Shown: positions 27,667 to 42,789 of the stretch, one piece after another
Layout: the number at the start of each line of letters is the position of its first letter
How positions within the stretch are numbered: position 1 is the stretch's first letter
NCBI GenBank assembly: GCA_964016885.1
Contig: OZ024766.1
Location: forward strand, 14,446,001-14,510,000
From: Eledone cirrhosa
Taxonomy: Eukaryota
Direction: 5' to 3'
Length of the DNA stretch: 64,000 nt
Program-made: the position numbers and the translations under genes
Notes under the pieces: model-generated
Told to the model about the DNA's origin: nothing
What the model saw: only the letters and a program-made list of their open reading frames with translations
Databases searched by the model: none

Positions 27667-28509
27667 GCTAACTTAAAGAATGCCACGGTACTAAAGTACG
27701 CAGATGACATCAAGCTGTACCTTGAGATAAAAAGGACAGATCCTGAACACTATAGATCTTGCTTGCAGTCTGACCAGGACACAATGCAACAATGGATCTC
27801 AGACTGGCAACTCAAGCTAGCTGTGGACAAGTGCACCACCATACATTTTGGGAGTAAAAACCTAGCGTCCACATACTCCCTCCACAGCACTAATATCAAG
27901 AAGTCTTCTTGTGAACGTGACCTGGGCATTACGGTCAGCAGCGATTTGCGTTGGACGAAGCACGTCTGTAAAATTGTCAAGAGCGTCAAGGGTGTCTTAG
28001 CATCACTCAGCAAGACCTTTGTCAGCCGTTCTCCAGATATCTATTTAAGGCTGTACATGGCTATGGTGCGGCCACACTTAGAATTTGCATCACCAGTCTG
28101 GAACCCCTATCTTGCTCAGAACATTGACCGCCTGGAAACTGTTCAGAGATGTGCAACCAAGCGAATACCCTCCATCAGGCATCTACCTTACACTGAGCGC
28201 CTTGCTTCCCTGGGCATGGATACATTGAAGCTCCGACGCCTGGCAACTGACTTGATACACACCCACAAAATTGTTAACCATCTTGCCAACAACAACCCTG
28301 AGTACCTTTTTGATTTCCATGTGTCTAACACACGTGGACATGCCCACAAAGTCAGAAAACTGCACAGTTCCCAAGACTTTCGGAAACATTTTTTCACGCT
28401 CAGAGTTGCTGAAGCATGGAACAAACTACCTGCATCAGTTGTTAGCTGTCGAGACACTGCAACCTTTAAGGCCTCCATGCTTCCCGAGATCCGCAAACAC
28501 TACAGCTAA
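27667..28509 (+). mobile_element. 5'-truncated CR1/L2-clade LINE, RT C-terminus
   Basis: LKYADDIKLY, ERDLGI, VRPHLEFASPVWNPY, FFTLRVAEAWNKLP. A related 3' fragment lies at about 13720-13890 (-). Confidence 0.9.
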
Positions 28510-28807
28510 TGTTCCCCCTCCATACACATACACACATGTATATATATGTATGTTTGTTTCATCTCTGACACACACACACATATATATATATATGTATGTT
28601 TGTCTCAGGTTCAATCAGAGGTAACCACAGTAAGTACGGTGCTCAATACATAGCAGAGTATGAATATTTAATATAGAAATGGCTTCTACAGGACTAGAAC
28701 TGTTTCAGTCAGGAGAAATCATCAGGAAGCTTCCTGGTGATTTCTCCCGAATCAAACAAGTCTAGTCCTGTAGAAGCCATGTCTATATTAAATATAAATA
28801 TATATAT

Positions 28808-29172
28808 ATCATCATCATCATTTTACGTCCACTTTTCCCTGCTTGCAAGGGTGGGATGGGTCCTATTCAGCACAGCATCTCTCCACTTGTCACGGTCCCT
28901 CGTCATCTCCTCCGTGAGATTCAGCGATCTGAGGTCTGCTCTCACCACCTCCCCTCATGTTTTTTGTGGTCTTCCTCTACTGTGTCTTCCTTCTATTAGG
29001 ATCTCTTGGCACTTCTTTACTCAGCGGTCATCTACCATGAGCATCACATGTCCATACTATCTCAGTCTCTTCTCCTGCACACCACAACTTATCCCTCTTA
29101 TACTCAGTTTCTCTCTCAACTCATCTATGCTTGGTCGTTCACGCACATTGACATTGCACATCCAACGGAGCA
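28808..29172 (-). mobile_element. RTE LINE 3' end
   Basis: Closely similar to 4935-5300 (same subfamily). Confidence 0.8.
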
Positions 29173-29334
29173 TACATATATATATATATATATATAATAT
29201 TAATTTGAGTATTTTGGGGGTAATTAGCGACACTTCAGTATGCAGGTTAGAGCACTATATGCGACCAGTGCTTTGAGAAAACAACACCATACTTCGAGAT
29301 GGGGCATATCAAAATATCAGAAGTAAGCTTTACT

Positions 29335-30317
29335 TCATCTAGCTGTCTGGTGTGGTCATCTAGCTGTCTCCTGTGGTCATCTAGCTGTCTGGTGTGGTCA
29401 TCTAGCTGTCTGGTGTGGTCATCTAACTGTCTCATGTGGTTATCTAGTTGTCTCATGTGGTCATCTAGCTGTCTGGTGTGGTCATCTAGCTGTCTGGTGT
29501 GGTCATCTAGCTGTCTGGTGTGGTCATCTAGCTGTCTGGTGTGGTCATCTAGCTGTCTGGTGTGGTCATCTAGCTGTCTGATGTGGTCATCTAGCTGTCT
29601 GATGTGGTCATCTAGGTGTCTGGTGTGGTCATCTAGCTGTCTGGTGTGGTCATCTAACTGTCTGATGTGGTCATCTAGCTGTCTGGTGTGGTCATCTAGC
29701 TGTCTGGTGTGGTCATCTAGCTGTCTGGTGTGGTCATCTAGCTGTATGATGTGGTCATCTGGCTGTCTGATGTGGTCATCTAGCTGTCTGGTGTGGTCAT
29801 CTAACTGTCTGATGTGGTCATCTAGCTGTCTGGTGTGGTCATCTAGCTGTCTGGTGTGGTCATCTAACTGTCTCATGTGGTTATCTAGTTGTCTCATGTG
29901 GTCATCTAGCTGTCTGATGTGGTCATCTAGCTGTCTGGTGTGGTCATCTAGCTGTCTGGTGTGGTCACCTAGCTGTCTGATGTGGTCATCTAGCTGTCTG
30001 GTGTGGTCACCTAGCTGTCTGATGTGCTCACCTAGCCGTCTGATGTGGTCATCTAACTGTCTCATGTGGTCATCTAGCTGTCTGGTGTGGTCATCTAGCT
30101 GTCTGGTGTGGTCATCTAGCTGTCTGGTGTGGTCATCTAGCTGTCTGGTGTGGTCATCTAGCTGTCTGTTGTGGTCATCTGTCTGATGTGGTCATCTAGC
30201 TGTCTGGTGTGGTCATCTAGCTGTCTGATGTCGTCATCTGTCTGATGTGGTCATCTAGCTGTCAGATGTGGTCATCTAGCTGTCAGGTGTGGTCATCTAG
30301 CTGTCAGATGTGGTCAT
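29335..30317. repeat. 21-bp minisatellite
   Basis: Unit TCATCTAGCTGTCTGGTGTGG, about 46 copies. Confidence 0.95.
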
Positions 30318-32568
30318 TGTTGTTATATAATCGTTTGCAGTACAGTTACGTCCCTTTACGGACTGAGCTCAAATCCCGCCGAGGTAAACTTTGCCTTACG
30401 CGGTCGATAAAATAAAGTACCAGTAATACACTGGAATTATTGCAGGCCTTGTGCCAAAAGTAGAAACAATTATATATATAACAGTGAATATGAATAAACA
30501 AAGTTAATTTTAGTCTGTTGACTTACACTTGTTGTTTTATATATATACTAGACCTCCAGTGACCTGTTGGGTCACGTACACTTAAATATAATTTTTACTT
30601 AATTAAAATATACACAGACATGTATATATATAGGAAAATGTATGACCCCGACGGCAGAGCTGAAGCCGTTTCGACGGTTATTTCTGGACTAAATTTAGTC
30701 CAGAAATAGACGTTGAAACGGCTTGAGCTCTGCCGTCGGGGTCATACATCTTCCTATTACCCACTCTACTACCCTAAGTATTGAGTACTCTGGTGCATTA
30801 TGGTCCATCTGGTTCCTTACTACAACTCCTTCGTTATAAATATATATATGTGTGTATATATAAGTGTGTGTGTGTGTGGGTGTCTGTGACCTCTATACAC
30901 TGGTTACAGACAGACACACACACACACACATATATATATATACACACACTTAGAAACTCTTCCTATTCAGCAAGAGACAGTAATGTTGTAATTCAATTCT
31001 TTGAAGTCTCTGGTTATAAATTCATTCAACAACACCACCAGCTCTCTCTCTTCCATCCTCTGTCTCCTCTCCCTCTCTCTATGTCTCTCGTTCAATCTAC
31101 TCTTTCACAACCACTATCTCTTTCTATCTTTCTCACTCTCTATTTATGAAGGTACGCTGAAAAACTCCGTATCTCGGGAACCTGTGCTCCAATTTATGTG
31201 AAACTTGTTTTATTACATTTGTATTCCCATTTCAGGGCCAACTTCCTTTCAAACTATTTTCCCATTATGTGCCCTTTTGGTTGTATTACATTACACTAGC
31301 AGAAAAACCACACTTCAGGTAGTTTTCTGCTAGCATGTGTAGTGTGTATATTGATATTATATGCAGGTATATATATACATGTAGATATGATACATCAAAT
31401 AAAATCATAATTGACAATATATAATACATAGAAATTGAACGAAGACTGCGTTACACTGTCTTATGTAATAAGTAACGTAATCCATGATACATTAAAAAAG
31501 ACGATATTATATATAAACTGCGTTAGGAGAAAATTAGTGACGGAAAATTAGTATGTTTATTTTAGCGATGGCCAACAGGAAGTGTTGACATTTGAAAATT
31601 TTAAAGAAGTGAATCTTTAAATAAACAAAATATATTTAATGAATAGCCACGAAATTTAGTAGATAAATTATGTAATATTCATTCATTATTTATTCAAGGT
31701 AACCCAACTTATTTTACAAACGGGATAAAACTAAAAAAATCGTACGCAATCCCGCAGGCCTTCCTTATAGTTTAGATTACAGATAAGCAAGCAATAACAG
31801 AGTTTTAGTAGTAGATAGATAGATAGATAGATATCTTTATCTGCCACAGGGGTGCACAAAAATGGGACATTACAAGACGTGACGGCGGGGATTTTACATA
31901 AAAATCATATAACTTTAACATTAATAAATAACAATAAACTATATATAATAAAATAACAATTGAAATCCCCAATAGGGGGGAACGTTACTACAGGGTTGTT
32001 TTACACCCCATGGATAGAACAACCCTCAACACCAGGAACACGTTTTGTAGGTGTTCCCGTCTTCCCTCTGTTTATCTTCCTCAACCTACAGGTTTATATC
32101 ACTCGGGACATTTTCGCCACATTCACTCATCTTTCAGCGAATTTACTGAGGTGAGATAGATAGACAGATAGATAGATATATAGATAGATGTATTGTTTCT
32201 ACTTTTGGCACAAGGCCAGCAATTACCCTAGTGCATTGCTGGTGCTTTATTCTATCGATTCCGTAAGGATGAAAGGCAAAATTAACCTTGGCGGGGTTTT
32301 AACTCAAACCATAAAGGGTTGTAACTCTATGCCTCACAGCATGGCGTCCGACTCTCTACAAATACTGCCAATCCACTGCCCTTTTCTATCTACAGGAAGT
32401 GTTCCATCCCCAAGCCTTAATAGATTCAGGGTGAACAGCTCTGATTGTTCACCTCTACCAAGGTCTGCCCTCATCTTTGTAGAGAGTTCAAAGTGTTGAA
32501 TTTTTTCAAACAGGCTCAGATTTCATCACTTATTTCCTTTTGGAATGACAGGGAGGGTTTGTCTAGAA

Positions 32569-34258
32569 CACAGGTTCTCAACCCATTTAGGCCAAACGCC
32601 CCCTTTTGTCCCTCGAAACCACGGAACGCCCCCCAACACCATATTGTTTCACTTTTTCAATATACTACTGATTTTTATATCAGTAGATTACTAAAAAATT
32701 GATTAACAATATTCCAAACATGTGTGTATTATCTGATTATGTGTTGTATGTGGTCCTAGATGTATGTATTATCTGATTATGTGTTGTATGTGGTCCTAGA
32801 TGTATGTATTATCTGATTATGTGTTGTATGTGGTCCTAGATGTGTGTATTATCTGATTATGTGTTGTATGTGGTCCTAGATGTGTGTATTATCTGATTAT
32901 GTGTTGTATGTGGTCCTAGATGTGTGTATTATCTGATTATGTGTTGTATGTGGTCCTAGATGTATGTATTATCTGATTATGTGTTGTATGTGGTCCTAGA
33001 TGTATGTATTATCTGATTATGTGTTGTATGTGGTCCTAGATGTGTGTATTATCTGATTATGTGTTGTATGTGGTCCTAGATGTATGTATTATCTGATTAT
33101 GTGTTGTATGTGGTCCTAGATGTATGTATTATCTGATTATGTGTTGTATGTGGTCCTAGATGTGTGTATTATCTGATTATGTGTTGTATGTGGTCCTAGA
33201 TGTGTGTATTATCTGATTATGTGTTGTATGTGGTCCTAGATGTGTGTATTATCTGATTATATGTTGTATGTGGTCCTAGATGTGTATATTATCTGATTAT
33301 GTGTTGTTTGTGGTCCTAGATGTGTGTATTATCTGATTATGTGTTGTATGTGGTCCTAGATGTGTGTATTATCTGATTATGTGTTGCATGTGGTCCTAGA
33401 TGTGTGTATTATCTGATTATGTGTTGTATGTGGTCCTACATGTGTGTATTATCTGATTATGTGTTGTATGTGGTCCTAGATGTGTGTATTATCTGATTAT
33501 GTGTTGTATGTAGTCCTAGATGTGTGTATTATCTGATTATGTGTTGTATGTGGTCCTAGATGTGTGTATTATCTGATTATGTGTTGTATGTGGTCCTAGA
33601 TGTGTGTATTATCTGATTATGTGTTGTATGTGGTCCTAGATGTGTGTATTATCTGATTATGTGTTGTATGTGGTCCTAGATGTGTGTATTATCTGATTAT
33701 GTGTTGTATGTGGTCCTAGATGTGTGTATTATCTGATTATGTGTTGTATGTGGTCCTAGATGTGTGTATTATCTGATTATGTGTTGTAAGTGGTCCTAGA
33801 TGTGTGTTCTACTCGCTTCTGTTTTTTTCTTTTCTTTTTTTTTATTTGTAATATTATTTATACAATAGGGAATAAAATAGATCTACATAGTGTTAACTCG
33901 TTACGGTTGAGTCAATAATTTCAGACAAGATTCTAACTGTCTGCGCTCAAAGTGTCTTTGACCCAGTTGACTGTGGGTTTTTCCATTTTTAGGATCTCAA
34001 TTACCGGTTAACGTCTCAATTACCGGACATGCCTGCACACCTGCTCACAGCTGCAGACAGCATACCTATAGTCTGACCGCAGGTGTGCAGGCATGTCCGG
34101 TAATTGAGACGTTAACCGGTAATTGAGATCCTAAAATTTGGAAAAAACCAACGCCCCCACCCCCCTCCCACACCTACAAACGCCCCCCCCCCCTCCTAAC
34201 GCGACCTTGCTCCAAAACGCCCCCCGGGGGTGCATATGCCCCCCGTTGAGAAGCTTTG
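32569..34258. mobile_element. Non-autonomous hAT (Charlie-like) element
   Basis: Termini CACAGGTTCTCAAC ... GTTGAGAAGCTTTG; perfect 8-bp TSD GTCTAGAA at 32561-32568 and 34259-34266. Confidence 0.8.
32720..33807. repeat. 40-bp minisatellite inside the hAT element
   Basis: Unit TGTGTGTATTATCTGATTATGTGTTGTATGTGGTCCTAGA, about 27 copies. Confidence 0.97.
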
Positions 34259-34284
34259 GTCTAGAATGTCCTCCACTTCCTCTT

Positions 34285-35615
34285 CCCACTACTGCTGCTA
34301 CTACCATTACTACTACCACTACCATTACTACTACTACTACAACTACTACTACTACTACTGCTACCACTACTACTACCACTACTACTACTACCACTACTGC
34401 TGCTACTACCATTACTATTACCACTACCATTACTACTACAACTACTACTACTGCTACCACTACTACTACCACTACTACCACTACTGCTGCTACCACCATT
34501 ACTACTACTACCACCACCACTACTGCTGCTACTACCACCATTACTACTACAAGTGCTACCACTACCACTACTACTGCTACTACCACCATCATTACTACTA
34601 CTACTACAACTACTACTACTACTACTGCTACCACTACTACCACTACTGCTGCTACCACCACCATTACTACTACTACCACTACTACTACTACTACTAACAC
34701 CACTACCACCATCGCTACCACTATCACCACTACAACTACTACTACTACCAACACAACTACTACCACTACTACCACTATCACCACCACTACCAGCTAAACT
34801 ACCCCCACCACCACTACTACTACCACTTCTACCAATACTATTACTACTATAAATACTACTACCACCACTACCAACACCATGCCCACTGCCACCACCATCA
34901 CCACCACCAGCTAAACTACCACACCCACCACCACTGCCACCACCACTACCACCACCACTGCCACCACCACTACCATTATCACCACCACCACACCCACTAC
35001 CATCACCACCTTCTACCATTATCACCACCACCACCTCCACTGCCACCACCATCACCACCACCACCACTACCATCACCACCACCACCACTGCCACCACCAC
35101 TACCACCACCACCACACACAACCATCACCACTGCCACCACCACTACCATTATCACCACCACCACACCCACTACCATCACCACCTTCTACCATTATCACCA
35201 CCACCACCTCCACTGCCACCACCATCACCACCACCACCACTACCATCACCACCACTGCCACCACCACTATCACCACCACCTTCTACAATTATCACCACAC
35301 CACCACTGCCACCACCACTACCATTATCACCACCACCACACCACTATCAACTGCCACCACCTTCTACCTTTATCACCACCACCACACCCACAACCATCAC
35401 CACTATCACCACCACCATCACCACCACCACACCCACAACCACCACCTCCACTGCCACCAACACTACTATTATCACCACCATCACCACCACCACCACCTCC
35501 ACCACCACTATCACCACCACCACACCCACCACTATCACCACCACCTTCTACCATTACCACCACCACCACCACCACTGCCACCACCACTACCATTATCACC
35601 ACCACCACCTCCACC
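34285..35615. repeat. Degenerate (ACT)n/(ACC)n trinucleotide array
   Basis: Direct inspection; grades from ACT-rich to ACC-rich. Confidence 0.95.
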
Positions 35616-36701
35616 AGAATTCTGTGTTTGGGTGTGTACTTCCCCACCATCTGTTTATGGAGGGAGAATATACTGACCAATCAAAATCTTGTAAATTCCA
35701 TATTATGTGAGATAATTATGTGAGAAAAAGCCTTCACCATGAAAATATAATAGTAATGTAAATGCTAAAGGGTTAATGCTATCGTTAATATTAATTATCA
35801 TTAGAAAATAAAATTACAGATCAAAATTTATAAATTTAAAACTTCAAAAATCTAAAAATTTAAACATTTCAAATTTCAAAAATTAAAAGTCAGAAAACCA
35901 TAGCTTTAAATTGTATTCTCCCTTTGCGGTTATTGGTCGGTATATTATCCCGCCATAAATGGGAGGTGGACACACACACACCCAAACACAGAATTCTGCC
36001 GAACACCGAAGCTAGCAGTAAACAACAAATCTGTGGCTGATTTGAACTCTCTGTGACCGTATCATATTGCCAGCTAAGATGGTGGGGGACTGGTGGCTGA
36101 GAGGTTGTCCTACTGGACTCAGGGGCCCTATCCACCCCAGCATTTTACATCATGGACTGGGTGGTTTTATTGTACCACCAGCACTAGAGAGGTTGTCTTA
36201 CTGGACTCAGGGGCCCTATCCACCCCACCATTTTACATCATGGACTGGGTGGTTTTATTGTGCCACCAGCACTTGAGAGGTTGTCTTACTGGACTCAGAG
36301 CTCTTCTTCAATCCATAGTTTAGCATGCTTTTTAATAACTGAATGCTACTACAACACACCGAAACACAGAATTCTGCCGAACACCGAAGCTAGCAGTAAA
36401 CAACAAATCTGTGGCTGAATTGAACTCTCTGTGACCGTATCATATTGGCAGCTAAGATGGTGTGGGGCTGGTGGCTGGGGTGAATCACCTATGGTAGTAG
36501 TAATCTGGGTGGTGGTTAAGTGGTCAACTTCCCGCACCTCTGTGTCTATGCTGAGCTGCGGGAAGTCCTGAACTTCACAAGGGAGCTGACAACCCCAGCA
36601 AAAACAATAATTTTTTTTTAGTCCACTCCCTAGCACCCAGGACTGCCTCTGAAACGTAACATTTTACTCAATTTTGCTTCGTTTGGAACTGGTAAAATCT
36701 T

Positions 36702-36754
<53 letters not shown>

Positions 36755-37152
36755 TACATAGTAAAACCTACTCCAGCCAGTAGGCATCTCTAACAAAATA
36801 CACCCCGTCCCACCACCCCCACCCCCACCCCATCCACACCACCCCGTTTTATGTAAAGTTATGTTGGTGCCGCGCCATCCAGGCCGAAATAAATGAGATC
36901 GTGTAGGTGTCACGACAAAAAAAACACACAGTCCACGCTGTAATGTGGCCGTGTAGGCAACACGGTAAAAACCTCCCAGACCCACACTGTAAATGTGGTT
37001 GGTTTTAGGAAGGGCATCGAACTGTAGAAAACCTGCCAGACAGTCCTATGCGAGCAAGACAATCACTCTTGCCTCAAGTGGGACTACCCCCGTCCAAACC
37101 CATGCAAGCGTGGAACACGGACGTTAAACGTTGATGATGATGATGATGATGA

Positions 37153-37220
<68 letters not shown>

Positions 37221-37326
37221 GGAACCAGTAAGACCCCGACAGCTGAGCTCAAGCCGTTTCGACGGCTAATTCTGGAGTACTTTGGTGCGTTATGGTCCAC
37301 CTGGTTCCTTACCACATTTCCTTCGT

Positions 37327-37970
<644 letters not shown>

Positions 37971-37987
37971 CAATATATATATATATT

Positions 37988-38021
<34 letters not shown>

Positions 38022-38238
38022 TATATATATATATGAATATATATATATATTTATATATATATAAATATATACTATGAAATATGAGTTGAAAACTCAGGCA
38101 GTCCTTTATCAAATATATTAATTTATATTAACTTGTATAAATATATATATATATTTTATATATATAAATATATTTATATATATATGTATATATATATATA
38201 TTTATATATATAAATATATATATATATAAATATATATA

Positions 38239-38275
<37 letters not shown>

Positions 38276-40416
38276 CGAAGGAAATGTGGTAAGGAACCAG
38301 GTGGACCATAACGCACCAAAGTACTCAATACTTGGGGTAGTAGAGTGGGTAATAGGAACCAGTAAGACCCCGACAGCTGAGCTCAAGCCGTTTCGACGGC
38401 TAATTCTGGACTAAATGAAAATTTATCCTGGTATTTAAATAGCCGATCTTCTCAAGGGGTAATTCCATATATGGTCAAAGTGATTGTCAAAAATCAGTAG
38501 TAATTCTGTGATTGCAAATTAGTAGGGGAGATGGTGGCTAAACCTGCCAGTAGGATAAAGAGGGGAGGGGGTGGAGTAGACCCAATCAAGCGTTGGTAGT
38601 GCCAGCTACAGCTGGGCATGAGGTCAAAGAAGATACTGGGGAGGGGGGAGTCGGAACGGTAGGTAGAACAATGGGGGGTAAAAATATATATGAAAGAAAA
38701 AATACTGAGAGTGAAGAAAAGCGGATAAGTGTAAAGAAAAAAGTAAAGCAAGTTCTACGACCTAGGTCTCTAGCTATTGTTAGGCTAGAATAAATAAATA
38801 AATAAAGAAAGAAAGAAAGAAAGAAAGAAAGAAGTAAAGAAAGAAATAAAGAAATAACGAAATAAGTAAATGAACTATGTGGGACGGAATAGGCAAGAAC
38901 CCTTTTAAGAGGTATAAGTACGTAAATGATACGGTGACGGGTCAACAAATGGGGCCAAAATACTAAAGAGACTACCACGAAATAAATAATAAAGGTTTCC
39001 ATCCCGGGCACAATTCCAGCAACCACCCAGTGCAGCAAAGTGAACTAGTACGAGATAATAATTCTGAGTCCCGAAAAAAATATATACTAATGCTAACTCT
39101 AAAAGATCTAAAACAAGCTACATGAAAGTTCGTACGAAGTAAAGGTAGAATACGGAAAAATAAATTCAGAATCCACCCCGCCCAAAAGAAAAGCGAAGAA
39201 AGAAATACTGAAACGAGAAAATAAGGCATAAGTGCCACTAAGAAATATAGAAGGCACGGAGAATAGTGGGAGAGGTCGGAAAAAGGGGGCAAGTATCCGG
39301 GGTCTAAACCAACTGCTATAAAAGGCGGAGTCCGCCAAATCTATCATAGACTAGGGAAGAGGGTGGGGGTACTAAGGCTACAAGGGGCCAAAGGGCAGCC
39401 TCGGGTGGGCGAGAAAAGACGCCGACAAAGGAGAAGAGCTGGGGTAGAAGGACTAAGGAGGGAAGGGGGGAAGGAAATAAAGGAAGCGATAAAAGAATAA
39501 AAAGAAGATCTTACGTCTCCCTTGGCAAGCAGGGGTTACCCATTGCAAAATCGGCAAGTGGGGTGTTATAGGAGGGGCAGCCAGTTGGCCATGCAAAACC
39601 CACATGTTACCACAGTTTTGGGGCCCATCTCTCTCCAGGCAGATTTCTTCCAGAGAAAGAGAGAAAGTGAGAGAAAGGAAATGAGATGTAGAGGAAGAAT
39701 CAACTCCAGTATTTGACTGGTACTTTTTTGTCGACCTTGAAAGGATGAAAGACAAAATTGACCCCAGCAGGATTTGAAACCAGAGACCAGAATGAATACC
39801 ATAAAGCATACACATATATAAAAATGTATATATACATATATAACCAACATTAAATTAAGGGTGCCATAACATCTCTAAAATATGCTCAAAGATTCTAACG
39901 GATAGATCCAAGCATTTATAAGCATTCAATTAAAAATCGATTGACATATATATATATAAAATAAACATATCAAACAATGACAGGGGATAATTTGTAAAGA
40001 GTGTAAGCACACATAGGTAGGTAGGGAACTAATTAAAATTTAACGAGAACATCAAATATAGAAACCTTTCAATAATGATTAATCTCCTATAGACATATAT
40101 ATCTACAATTATATAAAATAATATTTTCCTTGCTACCGAGAAATCAATATGACAAATTTTGAAGTGAATAAAATTGACATCTTACCTGAAGGACAACAAT
40201 TTCTTCTATGACAGATTTCTTTAGACTTTTAATAATCAGGTGCCTGTAATTTAATGAAATGATCTTTATATGACCCTTACATATATATTTCAGAACAGGA
40301 TGTAAATAATATTTTGTATACATACACACCCATGTATCTATTAAATAAGATTGCGTCATTTTAATTTTGATTTGTTATATATTTACAAAGCTGTATAGAA
40401 ATACACACACACACAC

Positions 40417-40508
<92 letters not shown>

Positions 40509-40668
40509 TTCTATATAGCTATTTAAGAAATCAAGATTGGAATGACGAAATCTTATTCATTACACCTGAGTGAACATTCACAGAAGTAGTATTATTAATA
40601 TAATAGATACATGGGTGTATATATATATACATATATTTATATACACCGTAGACAATAGAAACTTCTAG

Positions 40669-40716
<48 letters not shown>

Positions 40717-40722
40717 CGTGTG

Positions 40723-40760
<38 letters not shown>

Positions 40761-41982
40761 CATACGCACATATATATATGTATATATGTATATAAATATA
40801 TATATATATATTTATATTATGTATGTATATATATATGTGTGTGTGTGTGTACGTGAGTGTGTATGTGTGCATGTGTGTGGGCGTGTGTCTGTGTGTATAT
40901 TTTATCAGTATCAGTAACTAGACATTAGCCATGCTGGAGCAATGCTTCACTTAGTCTATCATATCGACCCAAGTTCCTATTGTTTTAAAATCTGGTAAAT
41001 ATTTTCTCAGTCATATATTTGTTGAACTATTGATATATATATATATATAGGTGTGTGTGTGAGAGTGTGTGTGTGTGTGTGTCTGTGTATTATTTGTTGT
41101 TTTCGTAATTGTTTTGGCATTAATATATGCTGGTTGGATGCCCTTCCTAACACCAGCCCCACCATTTTACAGCATGGACTAAGTGGTTTTATTGTGCCAC
41201 CAGCACTAGAGAGGTTATCTTACTGGACTCAGGGGCCCTATCCACCCCACCATTTTAAAGCATGGTCTGGGTGGTTTTATTGTGCTACCAGCACTTGAGA
41301 GGTTGTCTTACTCGACTCAGAGTTCTTCTTCACTCCATAGTTTAGTATGGTTTTTAATAGCTGCATGCTACTACCATTACCTCCCTGTTACAGCATGGAC
41401 TGAGTGCTTTTATTCATGCCACCAGCAGTAGGGAAGTCGTCTTATTAGATTTAAGGGACTTCTCTACCCAGCACCAATTTATTCGGAGTGGTAGCTCTCC
41501 TAGGCGGGTTGCCTACACTACATCTTACGGAGTCTTCATCCGACCCATGACTGCCCTGAGTGGAACTGGGTTCAAGATGCTATAAACACGAGGAAGTTGC
41601 TAGCATACAGTGTCAGGCATTTATAGTGGAGGTGATAGAGGTGGGGTGGGCAGGTGGTTTGGGAAATGGTGATTTCCTAACACAGGTTTATTGTACAAAT
41701 ACATACACATAAATATTGACATCCTATATAAGAAATTATGTATATATATATATATATATAGACACACATTCAACACGCATATATACATCTATATATGATC
41801 ATACACATCAATATATGTGAACATCTAAAGAAATCAGGAAATTGAAAATCAACATTTATCTGAGCTCTATATCCATCTACACTAATGACCCCTTTTTTAA
41901 GTCTCATCTCAGCATCTCTTAACACAGCTTATGGCACAAATACGCATAAATATTGCCATCCTATCGCAATTTCCTAACACAG

Positions 41983-42043
<61 letters not shown>

Positions 42044-42271
42044 AATATTTATACTTATATATACACTATATATAATTATAAACAGGAAAGGTCAGTAATT
42101 CATTACTACCTTATTACCAGTAAGAAAAATAGCTCGATGTAAATACATCAGATGTTTTACAGAGCTGGAATATAATATGCAGAATAATCAAAATTATGTT
42201 CAAAACAATTTATTGCTGACAATCGTTTCTTCCAAACTTTAGTTTGGAATCATCGGAGCTCTAGGAAAGTT

Positions 42272-42600
42272 TAGACATATTATTAACCTCCTATTCCACA
42301 GAACAATTGTAAAGATACATAGATGTTAGTGTTGTCATTAACAGTGTCATAATTAAAGAGTGAAGATGATGTGGTCAGTATCAGTAGATGCGACAAAGAT
42401 TATAAAGGAATAATACGTATTATTCTTTTATAATCTTTTATAATCTCTATAATTGTATTATTCTTTTATAATCTTTGTTGCATCCACTGATACTGACCAC
42501 ATCATCTTCACTCTTTAAATATGACACTGTTAATGACAACGCTAACATCTACGTATCTTTACAATTGTTCTGTGGAATAGGAGGTTAATAATTTGTCTGA
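42272..42600. repeat. Imperfect inverted repeat (~145-bp arms)
   Basis: TTATTAACCTCCTATTCCACAG... pairs with ...CTGTGGAATAGGAGGTTAATAA. Confidence 0.9.
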
Positions 42601-42789
42601 TTTACTCGTTTTATTTACAATCCTTTAAAATTTATAATGGTATTAGAATGAAATAGTATGGTAGAATATTAAATGTTAAGTGTTAATTGAACAAGTACTT
42701 TCATGCTTTCGCAGTCTTCAGGTTCAAATTCTGTGGTGACAGTCAAGTTTGCAATTTTCAACTGTATATATATATATATATATATGCTA

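Noticed and set aside
29247-30186. Heptad 'RQLDDHT' coiled-coil-like ORF (272 aa) and its antisense ORF
   Set aside because: A 21-bp minisatellite open on both strands, with frame-breaking units at the right end and no splice context found. Probably non-coding, though not excluded without RNA data.
32720-33807. CRISPR-like regular repeats
   Set aside because: Head-to-tail units with no unique spacers, no cas genes, and a eukaryotic context.
34131-35680. Mucin-like poly-Thr, poly-Val and Gly-Ser ORFs
   Set aside because: Trinucleotide microsatellite; the poly-Thr ORF starts inside the hAT element.
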